Positions 37,731-46,178 of a stretch of 64,000 nt of DNA are shown piece by piece. The translations under genes were made by a program, and so were the position numbers. Location of the stretch: IMG/VR virus record IMGVR_UViG_3300048571_000088, positions 62,001 to 126,000 of that record; one strand, 5' to 3'. The notes under the pieces were generated by a model. It did not search any database. It was not told the origin of the DNA and worked only from the letters and a program-made list of their open reading frames with translations. Position 1 is the stretch's first letter; each line of letters starts with the position of its first letter.

Positions 37731-38024
37731 TTAACGAATCACCGAATTAGCAATCAAGGTTGCCTTTTGGAACTTACTTTCATCGGCAACAGGAATGATG
37801 CTGAATACACGCACAAGTGTCCGCATTGATGTTTGTGCATGTACGAGGATACGATTTTCACCTTCTTGCATCCAAACGCAAGAGATGTTTTTTCCGTTGT
37901 TTCGCACCACTGTGAATGGATTATCTGTGTAGACCACTACTCCAGCCTTACAGGCATCATAAGTACCCTTTGCAGAGCTACAACCTGACAAGAGAATAAC
38001 ACAAAGAACTAATAAAGCTCGCAT
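37731..38024 (-). CDS. predicted lipoprotein
   Basis: Signal peptide with lipobox LSG-C (MRALLVLCVILLSGC). Confidence 0.75.
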   Translation of the reverse strand: MRALLVLCVILLSGCSSAKGTYDACKAGVVVYTDNPFTVVRNNGKNISCVWMQEGENRILVHAQTSMRTLVRVFSIIPVADESKFQKATLIANSVIR

Positions 38025-38110
38025 AACAAAACCTCACAAATAATAGAAAAGGAATTGAATAGTTTACTGACTTATTCAGGTCGTATAGTTCTGCGCTTAC
38101 GTTTCACACT

Positions 38111-38413
38111 TTACTCCTTAAGAGTACAAGGATAACCATAGTGAAGAATAGTCCTCAACATCTTATCAACTTCTTTCTCAACTGGCAGTCCATACTCGTC
38201 AATTTCAAGCATCCGTTGCATGAGGTACTTCTTACACAACCGCATCTGACGTGTAACCATAAGGTCTTCGCGTGCCTTCAGGATCGCAGTTGGTTCATCC
38301 AAGATGTCAGCATCGTGCAACTGATCTCCAATTGCACGAATACCTTCAGCGTTGAACTGAAGATCAAACAAGATCTCCTCGGATTTGTACTTTGCCATTA
38401 GATATCCTCCCAT
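38111..38413 (-). CDS. hypothetical protein
   Basis: Likely start MAKYK. Confidence 0.65.
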   Translation of the reverse strand: MGGYLMAKYKSEEILFDLQFNAEGIRAIGDQLHDADILDEPTAILKAREDLMVTRQMRLCKKYLMQRMLEIDEYGLPVEKEVDKMLRTILHYGYPCTLKE

Positions 38414-38733
38414 GTGTCAGCTTTCTTAGCCTGCCGTAGTACACGGTAATCAGAATAAGCCTCTTCGTTCTCTTGAACCCATTCTTTCAGATTCATCAGC
38501 TTACCTTCCAAACCACCACGGAATGTATCCGCAGTAATCTGAACTTGCAAACGTACATCTGGTTGAGTGTACTCTGCAAATGGATCACAGAGAAGAGATG
38601 CTACGTGATCAATCTCAGCTTGGTCTTTCTTTGTCAGACTCACCTTAACCTTCCGTCCGTTACTCAACAGTCTCATGGAACGGGTGACTTCAACAACATC
38701 ACCAACAGCTTGACGAGTATTCTTGAACAACAT
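38398..38733 (-). CDS. hypothetical protein, paralog of 40175..40513
   Basis: KNT...VGDVVE.T.SM.L..NGR...QIT.DTFRGGL.GKL.NLKEW. Confidence 0.75.
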   Translation of the reverse strand: MLFKNTRQAVGDVVEVTRSMRLLSNGRKVKVSLTKKDQAEIDHVASLLCDPFAEYTQPDVRLQVQITADTFRGGLEGKLMNLKEWVQENEEAYSDYRVLRQAKKADTWEDI

Positions 38734-38947
38734 GGTGATACTCCTGAGATTTTACAAGGGATCTCTTCATTAACCCTTTTTTGCTATTCCTATAAAATCC
38801 ATAAAGAATCTCATAGGAATATCAAAGCAGTTTATACTCTTACTAAGGAGTACCTAATTATGAATGAAAAAGGTACCTGTTTTTATGTACTAGAGACAGG
38901 ATTATGTGAACCTTTCAGTTCACAAACTCTAGATAAGTGGCATATAC

Positions 38948-39469
38948 TTATCTGATATATAAATGTATAAAGTTAGGTGAAAGTTTCTTGAACTGTGTCA
39001 AGAGGGATTCAATATGATCCCAAGCCTCTTCACTATAAGGCATTTCAGTATTTAGAATTACCTCGGAAGATTTACCTTCAAACAAGTGCATAATTAGCTT
39101 AATGTTACCTGACACCATTTGATACATATAATATTTTACAGTGAAGTACTCATTTTTATAAGTATTATTCATGATGGAGCCTGTACTCTTTTCGTACTTG
39201 TGGACTCCACCAGTTCTTTTACATATATTCTTTTTTCTTGGATACTTATCTCTGAATGTACGTTTAAACTCCCGTGTGGACAGGATCTCACCTGTTTCAC
39301 GAATGACAATGGTATGGAAGGTGCGATCTTTATAATCAGCAACTTCCGCCATTGCCGGAGTCATCTTGTACGCCTCTGCCGGTTTATTCCAGCGATTTGT
39401 AAAAGCTAACTCGTAAATGGCGCCAAGATCAACTGACAGTTGTCTTGAGTGTTGTGTGGTCATCGTCAT
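38948..39469 (-). CDS. hypothetical protein
   Basis: 173-aa ORF, AAGGAG SD. Confidence 0.7.
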   Translation of the reverse strand: MTMTTQHSRQLSVDLGAIYELAFTNRWNKPAEAYKMTPAMAEVADYKDRTFHTIVIRETGEILSTREFKRTFRDKYPRKKNICKRTGGVHKYEKSTGSIMNNTYKNEYFTVKYYMYQMVSGNIKLIMHLFEGKSSEVILNTEMPYSEEAWDHIESLLTQFKKLSPNFIHLYIR

Positions 39470-39796
39470 TATAGTCTCCTTATAGACTGACGGTGGGTGG
39501 GTACTATCTTTAAATCTATGAATACTAGAGAGATACTAATACCCATAGATTTAAAGGAGGGTAACTTAATACCCTCACATCTGATTTAGAATTCTAAATA
39601 ACCAAGAAAACTACTTTAAATACGTACAAGGTTACCAAATTCATCTTGTACGTAAGGGATACATAGAGTCTTAGTCCATGAGCTATTAGCCCAAGAACCA
39701 ACCCAGTATACACCATTGATATATTCCATAATAATACTCTACAGTCAACCTAAAGCTAATATTTAGAGAGGCTAGCTTATGAATCCTCTTTGGAGA

Positions 39797-40012
39797 CTAT
39801 TCGCCTGCGTACTCTGCTTCCTCAAGTACGAGGAAGACAATCTGGACGAGGCCTAGAGCCTTATCATGCTGCTCCAGACGATATTCCACATCCTCTGGGA
39901 TCTTCCCGAGGATGGTGTCATCCCCGATGTAGAAGCAATCAGAAGCAGGGATAACAACACCTGCTTCTGCCAGTTGGGTACGGATCGCTGCAGCATTGGT
40001 TTGCGCGTTCAT
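39797..40012 (-). CDS. hypothetical acidic early protein
   Basis: AGGAG SD, own leader. Confidence 0.65.
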   Translation of the reverse strand: MNAQTNAAAIRTQLAEAGVVIPASDCFYIGDDTILGKIPEDVEYRLEQHDKALGLVQIVFLVLEEAEYAGE

Positions 40013-40174
40013 GTATTTTCTCCTAATAGATGGGCATGACCCCAGGAAGGTTTGAGAGTTTCAACTGCTCTCACAGACTCTATATTATTTAGTGTGCATT
40101 AAGAGTTCGCACAGACTACAAGAGTTAGGTACACTCAATATCACGTACCTTCGTCCTGTAGGACTTTCTGTCTA

Positions 40175-40513
40175 TCAGCAGTTGTACTCAACCCAGGCTT
40201 GGCTGTACGCAGCTTGTCGTGCGTCGTGCCACTCTTTCAAGTTCACCAATTTCCCCGTCAAACCACCCCGGAAGGTGTCAGAGGTGATCTGAACTTCCAG
40301 TGGCGAATCCGCCGGTGTCTTGAATGTCACAAACCCACAGTTGTACATCTCGGACACCGAGTCCAGCAAGTCGCGGTCTGACTTGCTAACAGCTACGGTA
40401 ACGGGGCGGCCATTGAAGGCCAACTTCATTGAAGAAGTTATTTCGACCACGTCCCCAACTCTCTGAGTTGTATTCTTGTACATGATGTATTCTCCTTGAT
40501 TGATGGGCAGCAC
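40175..40513 (-). CDS. hypothetical protein, paralog of 38398..38733
   Basis: Shared motifs; likely start MYKNT. Confidence 0.75.
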   Translation of the reverse strand: MLPINQGEYIMYKNTTQRVGDVVEITSSMKLAFNGRPVTVAVSKSDRDLLDSVSEMYNCGFVTFKTPADSPLEVQITSDTFRGGLTGKLVNLKEWHDARQAAYSQAWVEYNC

Positions 40514-40595
40514 CCCAAGCTTAAAACTTCTTTACATATAAAACCCATAAGAGAGTCTCATATGTAAAGAAGGGGCGCAGGAGCACCCCAACTTT

Positions 40596-40808
40596 TTAAC
40601 ACACCTTCAATTCGTCCCCACAGTCAATACAAGCATAATACTCGTATTGATTTGTCATCCGGGAGAAGACACAGACGTGTCCGCAATGACAACGGAAGAA
40701 GTTACCCTCTTCGTTGATCTCTGCTACGGTCTGCACCTCTCCTTCGAGCTTTGCAGGTATTTTGGTGTACATGACGTTAGCCATATAGTAAAGTAACTCC
40801 ATTAACAA
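40596..40808 (-). CDS. small Zn-finger protein
   Basis: CHCGH...CIDCG. Confidence 0.6.
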   Translation of the reverse strand: MLMELLYYMANVMYTKIPAKLEGEVQTVAEINEEGNFFRCHCGHVCVFSRMTNQYEYYACIDCGDELKVC

Positions 40809-40840
40809 TGTGAGAAATTAAAAAGGTTTCTCACTTACCT

Positions 40841-41092
40841 TTAAACAATCTCAGTGAATGACTTTTCAGTCGTATCATAAGAGAATGTCTTAATACCTTG
40901 ATGACGGAGTGTCTGTAGTGCCTCATCAGCAGTACCAGCACTCATTACCACATTTTTCACCCCGAAGGATGAAATCTCTTCGGCGAACTTAATCGCTGCT
41001 TCAGAAGAATCAAGACGAACTTGATCCATCGAGACCACTTCCACCTCTACAGCAGAAGAAATTTCAACACCAAGAAAAACATAGATCTTCAT
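40841..41092 (-). CDS. hypothetical protein
   Basis: 83-aa ORF. Confidence 0.6.
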   Translation of the reverse strand: MKIYVFLGVEISSAVEVEVVSMDQVRLDSSEAAIKFAEEISSFGVKNVVMSAGTADEALQTLRHQGIKTFSYDTTEKSFTEIV

Positions 41093-41103
41093 AATGACCC
41101 CCC

Positions 41104-41460
41104 TTAGTACTGATAAGCAGTGAGTCGGAGCAGATCTTCAACCACTTCAGAATCAATTACATCTGAAGGGAGAAAACATACATCCCACCCTTGTACACCT
41201 ACAATCTCCCCGTACTTAATATGTAACAGGGAAACATAGGCTCCGTAATTACGAGCAAACTCTTTCTTCTCAGCTACAGAGAGGTCAGAGTAGTACTCAA
41301 AGGTCATAGCATGAAGCCATTGACCTTCTGCTACAGAATTACCTACTGTAGCATCTGGAGTCTTAGAGAAACGAACAACGTAAACATCGTTCAATTTCTC
41401 ACCAACACCCCAAGGATGTCCTATTGCGGAGTCCATCCAGTCATGGTCATGAGCGTACAT
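41104..41460 (-). CDS. hypothetical protein
   Basis: 118-aa ORF, GGAG SD. Confidence 0.65.
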   Translation of the reverse strand: MYAHDHDWMDSAIGHPWGVGEKLNDVYVVRFSKTPDATVGNSVAEGQWLHAMTFEYYSDLSVAEKKEFARNYGAYVSLLHIKYGEIVGVQGWDVCFLPSDVIDSEVVEDLLRLTAYQY

Positions 41461-41556
41461 AACAGTACTCCGACAAAAAGAATCAAACTTATAAGTACTA
41501 ACCAGGAATACTTATAAGTTTGATTGAGGGTTTCTTATAACCCTCAAAATACCAGC

Positions 41557-41808
41557 TTAGCTATGATTAGGGTGTATAGCGGTTGATCCGTCAGTGGCAG
41601 TCACTTGTACGTACCACGAGCGAGGACAATCCTCTGCATCTGCCATCACTTCGTAAGGCACGGCAATCGCCTCGCATGTGTCGACGAACATGGATTGATG
41701 AATGACGGCGGCATCCTTGTAGTCGCCGTCGAATCCCATGAAGTACTCATCATGGTACTTCTGCGCCTCTACTTCTATTTTCGAGACCAACTGCTCTGCC
41801 ATGTTCAT
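41557..41808 (-). CDS. hypothetical acidic protein
   Basis: 83-aa ORF, GGAG SD. Confidence 0.65.
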   Translation of the reverse strand: MNMAEQLVSKIEVEAQKYHDEYFMGFDGDYKDAAVIHQSMFVDTCEAIAVPYEVMADAEDCPRSWYVQVTATDGSTAIHPNHS

Positions 41809-42127
41809 ACTACATCTCCAAGACCAAAGAAAGGTGGTCAGCCTGTAATACTTCTTTATAGTTTATATCCATAGAAGAATACAATCTATAAAGAAACATG
41901 AGGTGAGAGAAACTGATCAAAAAGTAACCAGTTCTCTCACCTCCTCCTTAGATTCATCCTACCAACATCCAGTAGAACAAACCTAAAAATAATAAGAAAA
42001 TAATAAGAACAGATAACCATCCATTATTACTTTCTATCTTATCCTGATAATTCTTCATAAGAACACCTAAGATTAAGAAAGAGACTAATACATTTAATTA
42101 TACAGGCTGTATTCCCACCTGTAACCC

Positions 42128-42523
42128 TTACTTTACTGACATCAAGTACTCAATAACGTCAGCGAGGAGTTGTGGGTGCTCCTCAAGTTTGATCATACGG
42201 TGTCCGTACTCAACGAAGTCTTCCAACTTCAAAGATACGAGTGCAGCAGCACGCTCAACAATACCTTCATAGGAATTGCTGTCCACGACGTCTCCGTGGA
42301 AGTAGACTGCCATCGCAACGATAGCAAATTCTACTTCCATCTCTGCATGTACAGCAGAACTGCACCCATGTACCAGACGGTCAGACTGCACGTACACATT
42401 AAGCATACGTGCAGAAGTCCCAAATCCGTATACGAATTTATCATATACGGCAATTGGGGTATCCCCTACTACAGGGGCGTACGGGTCGTTGGTGACCCCA
42501 GCCATGTATCCCATATTGGACAC
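42128..42523 (-). CDS. hypothetical acidic protein
   Basis: 131-aa ORF, AAGGAG SD. Confidence 0.7.
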   Translation of the reverse strand: MSNMGYMAGVTNDPYAPVVGDTPIAVYDKFVYGFGTSARMLNVYVQSDRLVHGCSSAVHAEMEVEFAIVAMAVYFHGDVVDSNSYEGIVERAAALVSLKLEDFVEYGHRMIKLEEHPQLLADVIEYLMSVK

Positions 42524-42650
42524 TCCTTAACTCTGTGTGAGATTCAAAGGTTCTCACACTCTACCTTATTACATACTCTATATGTACTAAACACTAATAC
42601 ACATAAGTATATAAGATCAGTTTATACACTTGATCAGGTGTTGATCTGTT

Positions 42651-43331
42651 TCAGGAATGATCCCAAAACAGATCTGCGAACCACTCGGCAGTTGCTTGGA
42701 AGCTGCCATCTTCCTTACATCCGGCAATGTCTGCGCGGATGGCAGCTTCGGCTGCTTTGTTCCGGCCGACAACTCGCTGCCCTTTACGAGCAGCCATGTA
42801 GCTAGTGACAGCCGCAGGGACTGTCCATCCAGCTTTCTTATCTTCCCACTCGCACAGGAAGAGCTTGTAGCCTTCTTCGCGAGCAGCAGTTTCCACCCCC
42901 TCTGCTACTACAGGGGATGATGAAGGGATCACCACTTCTTGGTGATCTTTTCCTGCTGCCATTGCTTCGAATTTCTCGACAATGGCAAAGAATGCCTTCC
43001 GAGACACAGCAATTTCAGTCGTGTCATACTTGGACTCGCTAGTGCAAGCCCATAAGGTGAATCCGACTTTCCAGCCTGTGTCGGATTGATCACAAGGGAC
43101 ACTGATTTGCATCCCCTGTGCGAAGGTGAATGGTGCATTGTGATCAACAATGCGCACCTTGTTGCCCAGCATCTCTGCTGGCGTCAAGGCCATTACAGCC
43201 TCATTTGTTGCCAACACGGCAACAAGTTTGGCAGCTTTTTTGGCCGCCAGTTCGTCTTCGGTCGGCGGAGCAACATAGCTCTCATCCGCCACCCGACAAC
43301 CATAACGGTCATCGTACTGAAAATATGCCAT
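42651..43331 (-). CDS. hypothetical early protein
   Basis: 226-aa ORF, GGAGAATACATTATG leader. Confidence 0.7.
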   Translation of the reverse strand: MAYFQYDDRYGCRVADESYVAPPTEDELAAKKAAKLVAVLATNEAVMALTPAEMLGNKVRIVDHNAPFTFAQGMQISVPCDQSDTGWKVGFTLWACTSESKYDTTEIAVSRKAFFAIVEKFEAMAAGKDHQEVVIPSSSPVVAEGVETAAREEGYKLFLCEWEDKKAGWTVPAAVTSYMAARKGQRVVGRNKAAEAAIRADIAGCKEDGSFQATAEWFADLFWDHS

Positions 43332-43482
43332 AATGTATTCTCCAAAACTTGTGTGAGATTAATGAGGGTTCTCACACTTAACCCTAAACAAATATATAAA
43401 TACCAGTAAGTACCTGATACTCATATATTTATTAACTCTAATTAGAAGGATAGAGTTAATCCTTTGTTCAAGTGTACCGAGC

Positions 43483-43857
43483 TTATACAGCCCAGTACAT
43501 ACCAACGTGTTTAAAGACCGAAGTCTTACGCACACCTCCATTACCATCAGGCACGTCAACTGACACTCGGTCAGTGCAAGCGTACCCAACCCGATATCCA
43601 GCAGCTTGCAAAACTTCTTGCAGAACTGGCATGAAACTTGGCATGCCTCCGATCATAACGTGCCCACAGTCAATCCGCGCATCTTTCACAAGCCCAAGAA
43701 CCCGCTTAGCACGGGAGACAAGCTCCTCGTGGTCATAAATCGCAGGGAAGGTGATTGCCGCAACAAGCGCAGCTTTCAAATCACCTTGAAGATCGATGAC
43801 ACCAGACGCCAGTTGATCTTCAGTCGCGGCGTGTTGAGTCAGATTCAAAATGTTCAT
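43483..43857 (-). CDS. Csx20-like small Rossmann-fold protein, putative cyclic-oligoadenylate ring nuclease
   Basis: LNLTQH, ITFPAI, VMIGG, GY.V.YACTDR and KTSVFKH match the Csx20 pattern as recalled (N.TNH, PFP.V, V...GE, GI.V.AAC.ER, K...F.F). Confidence 0.6.
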   Translation of the reverse strand: MNILNLTQHAATEDQLASGVIDLQGDLKAALVAAITFPAIYDHEELVSRAKRVLGLVKDARIDCGHVMIGGMPSFMPVLQEVLQAAGYRVGYACTDRVSVDVPDGNGGVRKTSVFKHVGMYWAV

Positions 43858-43985
43858 AATGTATTCTCCATAATGACGGGCATCACCCCGAGTACTTTTA
43901 GATGAGGGAGTAATAAAACCCTCTAGGAATTATTCCACATATAGGTACTAGATTTCTCCAATACCTATAAATTGAATAATTAAGC

Positions 43986-44501
43986 TCATTGAGTAATAAA
44001 GGAGAGCTTTACACCTTCAGATGACGTCTCGCTTAAAGAAGATAAAGCATCAAAGCAAGCCTTAGCTTTACTCTTATACTTTAAAGCTTCTTTCTCAGGA
44101 TCAAGTCCAAGTATGGTACGAGTAAACTCAGCACCATACTCAGTAATCCGAGAATTATCAAGAGCATCATATGCTTTAACCAACAAAGCAATACGATTAC
44201 CACTTGATAACAAGCGATTCAATGCAGTCTCAGAAGTTTCACCTTCCATCTTAGTAACAAGACGTAAAGCTTCCTTCCCTTCATCTGTACTCAAGAACTT
44301 ATAACAGTCCTCAAATACATATGAAGTATCCTCGACTACATCATGAAGAACAGCTACAACTAGTGAATCACCAGTGTAACCATCCTTCCTCATCAGACCA
44401 TACACCCTAAGAGGATGATTGATGTATGGTTCTTCATCTCCTCTTCTCATCTGACCTTCATGTGCCAGACGAGAAAAAGAGATAACTTCTTGTATTCCCA
44501 T
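43986..44501 (-). CDS. HD-domain (p)ppGpp hydrolase-like protein (small alarmone hydrolase / Mesh1-like)
   Basis: AHEGQ.R...PYINHP...AVLHDVVEDT...LVKAYDALDN. Confidence 0.9.
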   Translation of the reverse strand: MGIQEVISFSRLAHEGQMRRGDEEPYINHPLRVYGLMRKDGYTGDSLVVAVLHDVVEDTSYVFEDCYKFLSTDEGKEALRLVTKMEGETSETALNRLLSSGNRIALLVKAYDALDNSRITEYGAEFTRTILGLDPEKEALKYKSKAKACFDALSSLSETSSEGVKLSFITQ

Positions 44502-44545
44502 AGTACCTCCAAGGGATAAACAAGAAACTCGAACATTTAATTACC

Positions 44546-44568
44546 CAGAGGCTGTTCAACCACCTCTG
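44546..44568 (-). terminator. hairpin between the SAS-like and SAH-like genes
   Basis: CAGAGG-11 nt-CCTCTG. Confidence 0.4.
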
Positions 44569-44584
44569 TCAGATTCAGACACTA

Positions 44585-45136
44585 CTAACTACGTTTCCAC
44601 GCATCAGTGTAAATCTGAATCTGACGACGAACAAGGCGTTCCATTGCCTTAAATTCGTCGGAGTCAAGCTCATCAGCATACAAATGAGCTTGAGCCACGA
44701 GGGAACGCTGTCCCTCGTACAACCGATGTCCATAATCCTTGGCCTGGATCATGGCAACGGTATTGATTTGCAGCTCGCAGATCATACCGTCAATCGTGAC
44801 ATATACCAAAATGTCACGGTACATCGGAGCAGGGACATTCACCCCTGCTCGGAGCCAGTTTCTCTTAACCGTAACTGGTAAAACGGTGGTGATTGCAGCC
44901 AGCACTTCCTGTGCTTCTGCCGCTGTGGTTACCACTAGGGTTCCACGAACAGCATCTTTCAGGCGACTGCAATCACCTTTGTAGTCCGCCAGAACCTTTT
45001 CCATGGCTCTGGCGTAGCTTTTGATCGGTGCCAACATAACATCAGCACCAATCTGCCCGGCAACCTTGGTGACCACGGAGTCAAACTCCGCTTTAACCTT
45101 AGCTGCCGAAGCTAGCAAATCAATCAGTTCTTGCAT
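44585..45136 (-). CDS. RelA/SpoT-type nucleotidyltransferase (small alarmone synthetase-like)
   Basis: PIKS..RA.EK, KDAVRG, YRD and CELQINT...GH.LYE correspond to the SYN motifs. Confidence 0.8.
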   Translation of the reverse strand: MQELIDLLASAAKVKAEFDSVVTKVAGQIGADVMLAPIKSYARAMEKVLADYKGDCSRLKDAVRGTLVVTTAAEAQEVLAAITTVLPVTVKRNWLRAGVNVPAPMYRDILVYVTIDGMICELQINTVAMIQAKDYGHRLYEGQRSLVAQAHLYADELDSDEFKAMERLVRRQIQIYTDAWKRS

Positions 45137-45209
45137 AGAACCTCCTGATCAATTGTATGTGAGATTTACAAAAGGTTCTCACACATAACCTAATTTCTTA
45201 CTTTTATAA

Positions 45210-45296
45210 TCACCCAAAAAGGATAAGTATAAAAGTAAGAAAAGACAGTTTACTGACATGTCTAGGTCGTATGGCTCTGCGTTTACGACGTTTCAT
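45210..45296 (-). CDS. 28-aa basic-then-hydrophobic micropeptide
   Basis: MKRRKRRAIRPRHVSKLSFLTFILILFG with AGGAG SD; degenerate copy at 38061-38107. Confidence 0.4.
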   Translation of the reverse strand: MKRRKRRAIRPRHVSKLSFLTFILILFG

Positions 45297-45549
45297 GAGA
45301 AACTCCTGCAGAGGGATAGAGTGTTTAATAAGGTACACTCTAATGAGACCTAATTACTTTAATATTTAATGAGGTAAAGTAAGAAAACCTCAAGAAATCA
45401 ATTCTGCTCTGCATCTAGCGCGGTGAGCACCAGAACATGAAGCAGAATTGAAATCAAAACATAAGCGAGAACGCCCATATTAAAAACTCCAAAACAACAA
45501 TAAGGTTCTCTACTTAAAAAGGTGAGAGAACACAACCTACGTCTCAAGC

Positions 45550-45753
45550 TTAACGACCAAGAATCTCGTTAAGCTTGAGACGGCAACGATTTGCCTTACG
45601 ATGAAGACGGTCACGATCTTCATCGTCTTCCTGGGAGTTGCAATCCCAAGAGTCTTCCCATCCGTGGGAAGAGGTAGTTTCGAGATCCTCGCGAACCTCG
45701 TGGATCTGTCTTACCAACAGATCCGAATACTCTAGGCGAGTCACGGAAGACAC
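45550..45753 (-). CDS. hypothetical acidic/basic small protein
   Basis: 67-aa ORF. Confidence 0.55.
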   Translation of the reverse strand: MSSVTRLEYSDLLVRQIHEVREDLETTSSHGWEDSWDCNSQEDDEDRDRLHRKANRCRLKLNEILGR

Positions 45754-46147
45754 TCCATAAGAAGGTAAGCGGAGATTATGGCTTCCGCTTGTAGCCGTCA
45801 GAGAGCATTTGACTCCAGTAGGTAAAAGAACCTACAAAGAGAAAATGCCTCCAAGAGGATAAACCTCAAAAGAACCATAAGGCTCTTTCGGAGTCAACCC
45901 TCAAGAAGGGCATGATGGTCGCGCCAAACCCAGACCACCCCAAGTGAGGAATCGGAGGCGCGACCGCGAGCGCACGAGCACAATATGACACTAAGCCATA
46001 AGACGGTCGAGGCACGGAGTCACCAGTCCACATTTGTCTGGTGTATAGCGAGTAGCGAGCGGAGTAAGTGTTTTCTTTAACTACAACCCAACTCAGTACT
46101 TGTTCTTTTGGCTGCCATCTTCAGTACTAGGGAACCACCACTAGTAG

Positions 46148-46167
46148 ACTGCCCCTCCCAGGGCAGT
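46148..46167 (-). terminator. GC hairpin after RNAP2
   Basis: ACTGCCC-ctccca-GGGCAGT. Confidence 0.5.
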
Positions 46168-46178
46168 TTCGGCTTGTA

